A DNA stretch of 64,000 nt from Gammaproteobacteria bacterium (GTDB lineage: Bacteria; Pseudomonadota; Gammaproteobacteria; Eutrophobiales; Eutrophobiaceae), in assembly GCA_965221695.1 (NCBI GenBank), contig OZ244905.1:96001-160000 (forward strand). The letters are read 5' to 3'. A program made the translations under genes and the position numbers. Shown here piece by piece: positions 46,751-56,124 of the stretch. Below the pieces are notes generated by a model. That model was given only the letters and a program-made list of their open reading frames with translations. It ran no database searches and was not told the DNA's origin. Position 1 is the stretch's first letter. Each line of letters begins with the position of its first letter.

Positions 46751-48127
46751 ATGGCAGAAACTGCCAGAAGAACAAATGAATGGCAACAGGCGGATGTGGA
46801 CAATTACCTGCATCCGTTTACCGATTACAAGGCGTTACTTGACGAAAAAGCGCTGGTTATCACGCGCGGGAATGGTTGTTACGTTTGGGACAGCGACGAT
46901 AACAGGTACCTGGACGGACTGGCCGGCTTGGCTTGTGTCAATATTGGTTACGGCCGGGCTGAACTGGGACAGGCTGCCGCGGCGCAAATGGCGGAATTGA
47001 GCTATTTCAACAGTTTTTTCAAGTCGACGAATCCCAAGGCAATAACCTTGGCCGAAAAACTGGTTGAGATAACGCCGGATGCATTGAATCACGTCTTCTT
47101 CGCCAACTCCGGTTCCGAGGCAAACGATACCGCGTTGCGCATGGTAAGACAGTATTGGATGCTTGAAGGGCGGCCGGAAAAGCAGACGGTGATCGCCCGG
47201 GAGATGTCCTATCATGGCAGTACCGTGGCGTCCGGCGCCTTGTCAGGCATGCCGTGGATGCATGAACAAGCCGCCGTAATGCCCGATGTTGAACATATTC
47301 AGTGTCCATACCAATTTCAGTATGGCCGGGATATGAGCGAGGAAGAGTTCGGGACGCTCGCTGCGCGCTGGCTCGAAGACAGGATTCTGGCGACCGGCCC
47401 TGAGAAGGTGGCTGCGTTTTTTGCCGAACCGGTGCAAGGGGCCGGCGGCGCAAAGATACCGCCGCGGAACTATTTCGCAGAAATCCGGAAGATCTGCAGC
47501 AAATATGATGTATTGCTGGTTATAGATGAGGTGATTACCGGGTTTGGCCGGACCGGAAAATGGTTCGCCAGCGATCTTTTGCAGATAGAACAGGTGGACT
47601 TGATGTGTGTCGCCAAGGGAATCACCTCCGGCTACCTGCCACTCTCTGCGGTTATGGTCGGCGACCGGATAGCGGATACGCTGGTCGAAAAAGGTGGTGA
47701 GTTCTATCACGGATTTACCTATTCCGGCCATCCGGTGAGTTGCGCAGTGGCCCTTGAAAATATGCGCATCCTGGACGAAGAGGGAATAATCCGGCAGGTT
47801 GGGGAAGTGACCGGACCCTACCTGAAACAACGTTTGGCAGCATTGTCCGGGTCGCCGCTGGTAGCAGAGACGCGCAGTTGCGGCATGATTGCCGCGGTCG
47901 AACTGGTGAGGGATAGCGATACCATGGAACCGATTGCGGACAATATGGAAGACACTGAGCGGTTTACTGAAGTGTTTCGCGACCTGTGTCTCGAACAGAG
48001 GATTATCGTGCGCCCGATTGGCTCAACGATCATGCTGTGTCCGCCGTTGATCATTGCAGAACAGGAAATCGACTTCCTGGTGGAAAAAATGCAAACTGCC
48101 CTGGAGAGGTTTGAGAAGATTCTCTAG
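46751..48127 (+). CDS. Class III (omega-amine) aminotransferase, putrescine-pyruvate type
   Basis: SGSEAND, YHGST, EPVQGAGG, DEVITGFGRTG, AKGITSGY.P, HGFTYSGHP. Confidence 0.92.
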   Translation: MAETARRTNEWQQADVDNYLHPFTDYKALLDEKALVITRGNGCYVWDSDDNRYLDGLAGLACVNIGYGRAELGQAAAAQMAELSYFNSFFKSTNPKAITLAEKLVEITPDALNHVFFANSGSEANDTALRMVRQYWMLEGRPEKQTVIAREMSYHGSTVASGALSGMPWMHEQAAVMPDVEHIQCPYQFQYGRDMSEEEFGTLAARWLEDRILATGPEKVAAFFAEPVQGAGGAKIPPRNYFAEIRKICSKYDVLLVIDEVITGFGRTGKWFASDLLQIEQVDLMCVAKGITSGYLPLSAVMVGDRIADTLVEKGGEFYHGFTYSGHPVSCAVALENMRILDEEGIIRQVGEVTGPYLKQRLAALSGSPLVAETRSCGMIAAVELVRDSDTMEPIADNMEDTERFTEVFRDLCLEQRIIVRPIGSTIMLCPPLIIAEQEIDFLVEKMQTALERFEKIL

Positions 48128-48197
48128 CGAGGGCGCATACGGCGCGGTTTGTAACAGCACGAAAGCGAACTGCTGTTATCTCCGGGATAACCAAATG

Positions 48198-49397
48198 CTA
48201 TGTCCAGGATCGCAATGTCCTGAGAGCAACCTCGTTTTCGATTTGTTTCGGCGCTGGCTGCGGACCAACAGGCAATGATTGTCCGTCTTTTGCCAGGCAG
48301 GCCAGGGACAGGGATTGCAGCGCCAGGCCCAGATCCATGATTTCGATGGGATTGCCGTCGCCGGCGGTCAGGTTGACCGAGTTGCCTTCACCCAACAGGT
48401 AGACAGTTTTGCCATTATCCAGCTTGAATTTCCGTATTTCCGGCATTATCGAGTCTGATACGACTGACAGTTCGCGTAGTCCTGCCAAGTCAATCTCTGT
48501 TTCAAACATGCCGGCGTTGCAAAGAACCGCGCCGTCCTTCAGTAGTGTCAGGTCCTCGCGGCTTAGCGCGCCCGGCCTGCCGGTGACTGTGATGACGAAA
48601 TCGCCGAAAGGCAAAGCCTGGCGCAACTCAGCCGTATCATAACCTTCTGTATGCGCTTCCAGGCGCGTCAGTGGGTCAATGTCGACGACAGTCACGCGCG
48701 CGCCTAGGCCGCGCAAGGCGCGTGCGATCCCCTGGCCGCAGAAACCATAGCCTACCAGGATGACGCGCTTGCCGCCAAGTAACAGGTTGGAGCAGCGCAT
48801 GATGCCGTCAACCACCGACTGGCCGACGCCGTATCGGTTTTCGATGATGCGTTTTGCCCGGCTGTCATTGATGACGATAGTGGGAAATAAGTGTCCCGCG
48901 AGCTCCTCGCGCAAGCGGAAGCCGCCGGTGGTGGTCTCTTCGGTAGCGCCGATTATCCTTGACTTGATCCCGGAGAAATCCGGATTGGTCAACGCCAGCA
49001 TATGCATGTCCGCGCCGTTGTCTGCGATCAGATCGGGTTCAGTGGCCAGCGCTCGCGCCGCGTATCCCAGATGTTGCGCATACGTTTCAGTTTTCCTGGC
49101 AAATACCTGTACGCCGTATTCCGCTACCAGCGCCGCAGCCACCTCATCCTGGGTGGTTCCCGGACTGCCGGTAATCGCGATCTTTGCGCCACCGCTGATC
49201 AATGCCTCCAGCCAGACACCGGTTTTCGCTTCAACATGCAGGCAGATGCCAATACGCATATCTGCGAACGGCCTGGTCCGGGCAAAGTCCTCTTTTATTT
49301 CGCGTAGTATCGGCATTCGCGCCCGCACCCAGTCCATACGCCGCAAACCTTGACGCGCCAGACCAATGTCTTCTATCTCGTATGATAAATCAGTCAT
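48198..49397 (-). CDS. Adenosylhomocysteinase (SAH hydrolase) family protein with an atypical active site
   Basis: CLHVEAKT, TQDEVAAAL, EETTTG, NRYG, GYGFCG NAD-binding, VNL..G motifs; several catalytic positions substituted (see findings). Confidence 0.85.
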   Translation of the reverse strand: MTDLSYEIEDIGLARQGLRRMDWVRARMPILREIKEDFARTRPFADMRIGICLHVEAKTGVWLEALISGGAKIAITGSPGTTQDEVAAALVAEYGVQVFARKTETYAQHLGYAARALATEPDLIADNGADMHMLALTNPDFSGIKSRIIGATEETTTGGFRLREELAGHLFPTIVINDSRAKRIIENRYGVGQSVVDGIMRCSNLLLGGKRVILVGYGFCGQGIARALRGLGARVTVVDIDPLTRLEAHTEGYDTAELRQALPFGDFVITVTGRPGALSREDLTLLKDGAVLCNAGMFETEIDLAGLRELSVVSDSIMPEIRKFKLDNGKTVYLLGEGNSVNLTAGDGNPIEIMDLGLALQSLSLACLAKDGQSLPVGPQPAPKQIENEVALRTLRSWT

Positions 49398-49401
49398 TCA
49401 A

Positions 49402-50925
49402 TCATAAGACGCGCCCGAAACCTGGTTTGCCGTTCTCGACGACAAAACGCGCCAGGTCAAAGGCTTCAGATTGCGCATCTCTTACATTATCTATCGCTCG
49501 TGCGGTTGCCAGCCACTCCTTTGCATTGACTTCATGCAGCAGATAGCCGCGTTTATCCGGCTCGTAGAATTTTATCTGTGGGTTACGGGCCAGGTTGTCT
49601 GTTATAGGCTGATCCATCTGTTCTGGCCAGTTGGCCGAAATGGAGGATACCACAAACTCCACTCCTGGAAATCGCTCGGCTGCCACGCCGGACCGTGTTC
49701 CGTCAATCGCCCAGAAAGAGTGCATATCACCGCTCAGGACTACTGCCTGACCGGCGCGGCTCCGCCTGATGGCGCTGACGACCCTGTCTCTGTTTGCCGG
49801 GTAACCGTCCCAGGAACCCGTAAAGTTGAGGGTTTTATTGCCGATGTCCAAGTGGAAGGGTGAAAACACGCTGGTGGATGCAATCACATTCCATGCTGAT
49901 TTGTTGCTCGCTATGCTTTCCGCTAACGACCGTTCCTGGGTATCCCCCAGCATGCTGCGTTCTTTATCGAATATTCCAGGACAACGTTCACGGTAGTTGC
50001 CGAAGCCGTATGCAGGATTGTTATTGCTGCAGAGATACTGGTTGTCACGGAATTGGCGGGTGTCCAGCAGGTTAAGCTGAATAATGTCCCCGACGTGAAT
50101 AGTTCTTTGGAGCTCAAACCGGTCGTCACCGGGGTTGCTGTAACCACGAACCGGCATGTGTTCATACCATGCCTGGTAGGCGGCGGCTTTTATCGCCAAT
50201 TTGGCCGGGTCGGTATCAATAACGGCATCGTGGTTATCCAGTATCGAAAAAAAAGGCAACCTGGCATGGGCCCGTTGCAGGGATTCATCGGTTTTGTACA
50301 ACGCGTGCCGGCGCCGGTAACCGTCAAGCGTCAGCGGCATGTCCTCAGTCTCGTGTCTCCTGAAGTTTACACCGTAGGATGTTTCATAGATGTAGTCGCC
50401 CAGGTGGATGACAAAATCCGGATTGTCTGTAATGATATGGTCGTAAGCGATGAAATAGCCGTGCGCATAATTCTGGCAGGATGCCGTGATAAAACGGATG
50501 GGTTTCGTTTGACTGCCGAGCGCGGGAAGAGTCCTGGTGCGGCCCGGTTTTGAGACGTGAGCCCCCGCGCTGAAGCGATACCAGTATACCCGCCCCGGTT
50601 CCAGGCCCTGGATATCGACATGAACCGAATGGGCCAGTTGGGGAACAGCCGATTGCTCGCCGCTCCTGATGAGTTGCCGCATGTCCTCATCCTGGAATAA
50701 CTCCCAACGCACCGGAATGGCGTCCTGGCCGAGCCCGCCATCTGCGACCAACGGTTCCGCCGCAAGCCGGGTCCAGAGTATCACCGAATCCTGTGTGACA
50801 TCCCCGGAAGCGACACCCAGCGTAAACGGATTCCTGGCTAGGTTGGTATCTGCAACAAGCGGCGCCGAAACCTTTGTTGCCGCCAACCCCAGGGTTGAGT
50901 TGATGATGAAATCGCGTCTTTTCAT
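49402..50925 (-). CDS. phoD: PhoD-family alkaline phosphatase/phosphodiesterase, Tat-exported
   Basis: KRRDFI Tat signal, GVASGD, LWTRL, HLGDYIYE, DTRQFR, WDGY, SGDMH. Confidence 0.9.
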   Translation of the reverse strand: MKRRDFIINSTLGLAATKVSAPLVADTNLARNPFTLGVASGDVTQDSVILWTRLAAEPLVADGGLGQDAIPVRWELFQDEDMRQLIRSGEQSAVPQLAHSVHVDIQGLEPGRVYWYRFSAGAHVSKPGRTRTLPALGSQTKPIRFITASCQNYAHGYFIAYDHIITDNPDFVIHLGDYIYETSYGVNFRRHETEDMPLTLDGYRRRHALYKTDESLQRAHARLPFFSILDNHDAVIDTDPAKLAIKAAAYQAWYEHMPVRGYSNPGDDRFELQRTIHVGDIIQLNLLDTRQFRDNQYLCSNNNPAYGFGNYRERCPGIFDKERSMLGDTQERSLAESIASNKSAWNVIASTSVFSPFHLDIGNKTLNFTGSWDGYPANRDRVVSAIRRSRAGQAVVLSGDMHSFWAIDGTRSGVAAERFPGVEFVVSSISANWPEQMDQPITDNLARNPQIKFYEPDKRGYLLHEVNAKEWLATARAIDNVRDAQSEAFDLARFVVENGKPGFGRVL

Positions 50926-50968
50926 TCGAGGTATAATACTACTCCCTTTCTCATTCCGGGCAATCATT

Positions 50969-51445
50969 ATGCCGTTAAACAAGCTGGATGCAGCCGCTAT
51001 GGAAGCAGTGATGCGTGAATACTACGACGGATGCAATGAGGCAGATGAAGAGAAGATAATGCGCTGTTTTACAATTGATGCGGTCCATTATTTTCCGCCG
51101 GGCATGTACGAGGGACCGTTCCGCGGCGCCGGAAAGATTGCAGAACGCTGGCGCGCAGCCGTGGAAAACGGTGGATCATACTGGACCATAGACGCTATGC
51201 TCATCGATACGGACAAGGCTGAGGCAGTGATCGAATGGACTCATTTCAAGACCAACCAAGGGACAATCCTGCGCGGCGCGGAATGGGTCGTGTTCGACAG
51301 GGATACAGGATTGATGAAAGAGATCCGGGCCTATTATGCCTCTCCGCAGGCTACGGGCCTGGAGCGTCTTGAATTGGGAGGATTTGACTACGCGGCACGC
51401 GGTTACAAACTGGTCTCCCCAAGGAGCCGTTCAAATCGTCAGTAG
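50969..51445 (+). CDS. SnoaL/NTF2-like protein
   Basis: YYDGCN..D...I..CF..DA.H, AVIEW, RGAEW..F, EIRAYY; ATG at 50969. Confidence 0.75.
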   Translation: MPLNKLDAAAMEAVMREYYDGCNEADEEKIMRCFTIDAVHYFPPGMYEGPFRGAGKIAERWRAAVENGGSYWTIDAMLIDTDKAEAVIEWTHFKTNQGTILRGAEWVVFDRDTGLMKEIRAYYASPQATGLERLELGGFDYAARGYKLVSPRSRSNRQ

Positions 51446-52468
51446 CTCGCTTACCTGTCTGTGGCTCCGAACAATCCTGTATGCGCCTGCCTCGCACAGG
51501 CTGGCAGACGTGCCGGCGCCGGTCAGCACCGCGATGGGTAGCATCCCTGCGGCGCGACTCGCCTGCATATCAATAACGCTGTCGCCTACATAGACCGCGT
51601 CGCCCGGGGCGATGTCCATGCGTTTCAGGCACTTGTTCAGGCCCTCCGGGTCGGGTTTGCGTTTTTTTACGTCAGGGCCGGTGATGACTGCCTCGAACAT
51701 ATCCGCGACCCCCTGGCTATAGAGCAAATCTAACGACCATTTATCCGAACCGGTGACTATGCCGAGGGCAAAGCCGGCGCTCTTGAGTTCAACCAGTGTC
51801 TGTTGCACCCCGGCAAAGGCCTCGGCCTGGTCCTTGATCAGATCAGGCCAGAGTTCCATGGCCCTGGTATTCAATTTTTTGATCATGGCGGGCCGCTCAT
51901 CCATTGATTTCGGCGCTACATGGTCCCAATAGGAAATACCGCGATTCAGGGTTTCATACATGCGTTCTTTGGATACCTCCAGGCCGAATTCCGCGCCGGT
52001 GCGTCGAGCGAGCTGGTAGAATGCATCCACCGTATCCACCAGGGTGCCGTCCAAATCAAACAGGACGGCGCTGGCCCTGACAGGCTTGAGCAGTTTCAGG
52101 GTGAGGCGGTCTCCATCCTTGAGGGATAAACATTGGCGCAGTGATAATGGCGCGATGACCTCAACCTGGTCCGCCGGATAACCGTTGACTTCCGGGAAGA
52201 CAATAGCGCCGGTAAGCTGGTTGTTGATTTGTACCGGATATGTTCGGGCATCACAGTTGTTCCCGTCTGGCGAGCTGATGCCGATACCATCAGCATTCCT
52301 CATGGATCCCCATCGGGCTAGCGAGTCGGCATCGTCCAGCTTGATATTCAGGGTGCCGGGCCAGGTATTGATGCCCAACTTATCCAGGAACTGGTGTTTT
52401 GCATGCTCTATCTCGGTGAAACCCGCAGCCTGCCCAGTTCCGGTCACGACCCGGCCGGATAATTCCAA
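51431..52468 (-). CDS. Archaeal-type CTP-dependent riboflavin kinase domain fused to a HAD-superfamily phosphatase
   Basis: N-terminal G.V.TG.G.A..F, PGTLN, EVIAP..LR..L.LKDGD. C-terminal FDLDGTLVDT, IVTG, KP.P, YVGD...D. TTG start at 52468 after GGGAGA. Confidence 0.8.
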   Translation of the reverse strand: MELSGRVVTGTGQAAGFTEIEHAKHQFLDKLGINTWPGTLNIKLDDADSLARWGSMRNADGIGISSPDGNNCDARTYPVQINNQLTGAIVFPEVNGYPADQVEVIAPLSLRQCLSLKDGDRLTLKLLKPVRASAVLFDLDGTLVDTVDAFYQLARRTGAEFGLEVSKERMYETLNRGISYWDHVAPKSMDERPAMIKKLNTRAMELWPDLIKDQAEAFAGVQQTLVELKSAGFALGIVTGSDKWSLDLLYSQGVADMFEAVITGPDVKKRKPDPEGLNKCLKRMDIAPGDAVYVGDSVIDMQASRAAGMLPIAVLTGAGTSASLCEAGAYRIVRSHRQVSELLTI

Positions 52469-52472
52469 CTTT

Positions 52473-52934
52473 CTAATTCTCCCGTTGTAGTTCAGCGGCG
52501 CGGTGAATAGCGGCGCGGATGCGCTGGTAAGTTCCGCAGCGGCATATGTTGCCGGACATCGCCATATCGATATCCTTATCGGAAGGGGAGGGGTTTTGGT
52601 CAAGCAGCGCCACGGCTGACATGATCTGTCCTGACTGGCAATATCCGCATTGCGGAACCTGTAATTCAATCCAGGCCTGCTGCAGCGGATGGTAACCGTC
52701 TTTAGCCAGGCGCTCTATAGTGGTAATTTTCCTGTTTCTGACACTGCTCACCGGGAGCACGCAAGAGCGCATGGGTTTGCCATCGACATGAACGGTGCAG
52801 GCGCCGCATTGGGCGATCCCGCAACCGAACTTGGTACCGGTCAATCCGATCTCATCCCGGAGCGCCCATAACAGCGGTGTATCTGCTTCCACATCGATTT
52901 CATAGGACTGGTCGTTAATGTCGAGTTTGATCAT
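52473..52934 (-). CDS. (2Fe-2S) small subunit of a xanthine/isoquinoline oxidoreductase-type molybdoenzyme
   Basis: [15 protein letters not shown]...[13 protein letters not shown]. Confidence 0.92.
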   Translation of the reverse strand: MIKLDINDQSYEIDVEADTPLLWALRDEIGLTGTKFGCGIAQCGACTVHVDGKPMRSCVLPVSSVRNRKITTIERLAKDGYHPLQQAWIELQVPQCGYCQSGQIMSAVALLDQNPSPSDKDIDMAMSGNICRCGTYQRIRAAIHRAAELQREN

Positions 52935-53164
52935 ATCTTTCCGGTGGCGCGCATCAGGTTATAACTCGGTATGTGAGCAATATAATCCAGAATGAACCGA
53001 ATTTGTATTATTTTTGGACTGAGCAATGCGCCGCCTCTTGGGATCGTGGACTTTCCCTCCTGCGCAGATACCATGCGCGAAAAGTTTCCTGGGAAGGGTG
53101 TATGGACAACGACTCATTGCCGATTGGATTTTCGTTTTCACGAATAGGGTATGAGTAGTAGAAT

Positions 53165-53776
53165 GTGGCCATGGGGAGCGCCAGCGTTTACATTCCAGGG
53201 TATGAAGGTCGCGCCGTACGGATTGATGCGGGCCGAATCTTTCGGGTGGTGGATGTGGAAGGCTGCCAGATTGCTGATATGTTCACCTTGTCCGCCACCG
53301 ACATCAATGAGTATTTCAGCCCGGCGCTGACGCGCCAGGTCATCTTCAGACTCACACCTGTGCCCGGCGATATCCTGTACAGCAACCGCCGCCGTCCCAT
53401 GCTTACCTTCCTGCGCGACAGGTCTCCCGGACGGCATGATATGGCTTTTGCCCCCTGCGACCCGGGATTTTACGTCGATCTGGAGGCGGATGCCTCGCAC
53501 CCGAATTGTCGGGATAACTTTTACCGTGCGATCAGCGAACTCAACCTCAGTATGGAACCGCCACCAGATCCTTTTAACCTGTTCCAGAATACGGTTCCGA
53601 AGGAAAACGGCGATTATGCAGTTGGGCCGACACTGAGCAAAGCGGGTGATTACGTCGAGTTCAGGACTGAAATGGATGTATTTGTTGTGGTAACCGCCTG
53701 TTCGGCGGATTTGCCGTTTGACGGCGTTGAACCCATCGGCGGCAAGTCGACCCCGCTGCGTATCGATTGTGTCTGA
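53165..53776 (+). CDS. DUF1989 (urea carboxylase-associated family) protein
   Basis: G.Q.AD, LYSN, HD....CD, NC.DN, FNLF.N, ACS.D Cys-rich motifs. Confidence 0.82.
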   Translation: MAMGSASVYIPGYEGRAVRIDAGRIFRVVDVEGCQIADMFTLSATDINEYFSPALTRQVIFRLTPVPGDILYSNRRRPMLTFLRDRSPGRHDMAFAPCDPGFYVDLEADASHPNCRDNFYRAISELNLSMEPPPDPFNLFQNTVPKENGDYAVGPTLSKAGDYVEFRTEMDVFVVVTACSADLPFDGVEPIGGKSTPLRIDCV

Positions 53777-54914
53777 GTTGCGGCGCGACACTGTCACGCA
53801 TGTCTCAGGCGTTTGCGCTGCCCAGGCGCTGGCAATTACAACGGCCATTCTGTCTCCGCTGGCCGTGGGCAGCCTGATCATCGGCCTGGAGATCGGCGAA
53901 GTTGAAGCGGGCGCGCTGATTACCGCCGAACTGCTGGTACTGGGGACGACCAGCATCCTGATGGCGCCGTTGGGTGTCAGGATACCGTATCGCATCCTGG
54001 CCCTGGCCGGAGGCATCATGGTCATTAGCGGACATGGCGGCGCGGCAACGGCAACTGGCCTGAATGAATTGTATCCGTGGCGGCTGTTGGCGGGAATAGG
54101 TTGCGGCTGCCTGCTGGCGACGGTGAATGCCGCGATTGCCCAGGCCCGGAACCCGGATCTGTTATACGGCCTGGCCTGGGCCGCGGCCTATAGCTTCAGT
54201 TCCGTCATGGCTATTGCGATTACCGAGAACAACGAGTTGGTCACCTATCAGGTATTGTATGGCGCTCTGGCCATAACACAGTTGCTTTTACTGCCCTTGC
54301 TCTGGTTTGTGCCGGATCATGGTAATCCGCGAACATCGATTTCACTGCCTGCGGGCAGTATTCGCGCTGGCTGCATGCTGATGGCGGGGATCATACTTAT
54401 GGGTGTCAGCGTGATGGTGTATTATGCTTTCCTGGAACGGTTGGCGGCGCAAATTGGCGCGGCGCCGGCTGCAGCCGGTCGCATCGTTGCTGCGGCCCAG
54501 GTTGCCGGCATTGTGGGCGGTTTGCTAGCTGCGCCGGTAGCCCGCAGGTTTGGTCTGACGGTGGGACTGTGCGCTGCCACCATATTGCATGCCTTGGCAA
54601 TCAGCCTGGCTGTCTGGACCAGCTCGGTGTTGACGCTGGGCATCATCGCCTTTTTTGAGGCTGTGCTGTTTATTATAATGATACCGCTGATGCTGACCCT
54701 GGCAGCCGGTATTGACGATAAAGGTCGTTGGGCAGCCACTGCCGGAGGCGTATTTGTTCTCAGCACTGCGCTGGGGCCGTTTTTCGGCGCGTTGCTTATA
54801 CAGCAGGCAGGGTATGACGCCATTGCCTGGGTACAGTGGCCGGCAGCGTTGCTGGCGGTCACTATTTTTACCCGGGTGGCCACTACACGACAGCGACAGG
54901 CTGAGCAGGTCTGA
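53769..54914 (+). CDS. MFS transporter
   Basis: About 12 hydrophobic segments; GTG at 53769 overlaps the DUF1989 end. Confidence 0.78.
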   Translation: MSELRRDTVTHVSGVCAAQALAITTAILSPLAVGSLIIGLEIGEVEAGALITAELLVLGTTSILMAPLGVRIPYRILALAGGIMVISGHGGAATATGLNELYPWRLLAGIGCGCLLATVNAAIAQARNPDLLYGLAWAAAYSFSSVMAIAITENNELVTYQVLYGALAITQLLLLPLLWFVPDHGNPRTSISLPAGSIRAGCMLMAGIILMGVSVMVYYAFLERLAAQIGAAPAAAGRIVAAAQVAGIVGGLLAAPVARRFGLTVGLCAATILHALAISLAVWTSSVLTLGIIAFFEAVLFIIMIPLMLTLAAGIDDKGRWAATAGGVFVLSTALGPFFGALLIQQAGYDAIAWVQWPAALLAVTIFTRVATTRQRQAEQV

Positions 54915-54940
54915 ACAAGCTCATGCCGGACTTGTCAGAG
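54905..54940. repeat. Degenerate family-1 hairpin B overlapping the MFS stop codon
   Basis: GCAGGTCTGAACAAG...GGACTTGTCAGAG. Confidence 0.65.
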
Positions 54941-55008
54941 TGGAATTTCCGTGTATCGCCAATGGCTCTGACCTAACCCGAGTTTTTTTACGATTTTTTG
55001 GAGGGGGT

Positions 55009-56019
55009 ATGGATCAACAAAAACTCGCAGCTTTGCGCAGCAAGTATAGAGATCGGCCTTATGACAAGGTAGATGACCCGGAACATGCGAAGGCCTTGCC
55101 CGAGTCCACGGATATGCTGACCGGCATCGCTACCCTGTGCGACGCGCCTTACCGGGAGACCCTTGACGGACTTGATATCGCTTTGATTGGCGTGCCGTTT
55201 GACGCCGGTGTAGTGCATAGGACAGGCGCTCGCTTTGGCCCGCGCTCAATACGGAACATCTCAATGTCGGTGGGCCCGTTTAACCACCAGACCCGGGTCA
55301 ACCCATTTGCCCTGTGCGCGATCGCGGATATTGGAGATGTGCCTCTGCACGGTTTCAGCCTGGACGAAGGTATCAGCGCCATCGAACAGTATTATCACAA
55401 GGTCGTGGGCGCAGGGGTGATTCCGGTGTCAGCCGGAGGTGATCACTCAGTGACTTATCCGATCATGAAGGCGGTGGGTCGGGATGAGCCTTTGGGTATG
55501 ATTCATATAGACGCACACTGCGACACCATGGGGGCGCTTGAGGATCATAAATTCCACCACGGCGGCCCGTTCCGCCACGCAGTCCTGGATGGGGCGCTGG
55601 ACCCGGAGCGTTGTGTGCAAGTAGGAATCCGGGGTTCGGCAGAGGTATTTTGGGAATTCTCTTATGATGCGGGGATGACAGTCATTCCCATCCAGGATTT
55701 TCATACAATGGGAGTCCCGGCAGTCATCGAAAAAACACGGGAGGTATTGGGGGACGGCCCTGTTTATATCAGTTTTGACGTGGACGGCCTGGACCCGGTG
55801 TATGCCCCCGGCACCGGCACGCCTGAGGTCGGCGGGATCAGTACCGCAGACGCAATCCAATTGCTCAGGGGATTACGCGGCCTGCGTTTTGTGGGCGGCG
55901 ACCTGGTTGAGGTCGCTCCCCAGTACGATACCACCACCAATACACCGCAAGTCGGCAAACAGATGCTATTTGAAATCCTATGTCTGGTCGCTGAGAGTAT
56001 AGCCTCGGATCATGGCTGA
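55009..56019 (+). CDS. Ureohydrolase (agmatinase/guanidino-acid hydrolase family)
   Basis: GARFGPR, GGDHS, DAHCD, HG.PF, SFDVDGLD, PGTGTP, VEVAP; GGAGG RBS before ATG 55009. Confidence 0.9.
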   Translation: MDQQKLAALRSKYRDRPYDKVDDPEHAKALPESTDMLTGIATLCDAPYRETLDGLDIALIGVPFDAGVVHRTGARFGPRSIRNISMSVGPFNHQTRVNPFALCAIADIGDVPLHGFSLDEGISAIEQYYHKVVGAGVIPVSAGGDHSVTYPIMKAVGRDEPLGMIHIDAHCDTMGALEDHKFHHGGPFRHAVLDGALDPERCVQVGIRGSAEVFWEFSYDAGMTVIPIQDFHTMGVPAVIEKTREVLGDGPVYISFDVDGLDPVYAPGTGTPEVGGISTADAIQLLRGLRGLRFVGGDLVEVAPQYDTTTNTPQVGKQMLFEILCLVAESIASDHG

Positions 56020-56124
56020 ACGCTACCAGGCATACCTCATTGTGCCACCGAGCCGGCGCGGCGTCGCAACGATGATCAAACCGGGATAAACGGCGCTGCT
56101 GAACCGTCTATTCGCTTGATCGCC

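Noticed and set aside
52469-52669. N-terminal extension of the 412-aa ORF; likewise the extensions of ORFs starting at 9016, 50669 and 54712
   Set aside because: They overlap neighbouring genuine genes; better starts exist at 52468, 9124, 50969 and 55009.
52935-53164. Guanidine riboswitch upstream of DUF1989/ureohydrolase
   Set aside because: I could not find ykkC-type conserved segments or paired ACGR hairpin loops by eye; an Rfam scan would be decisive.
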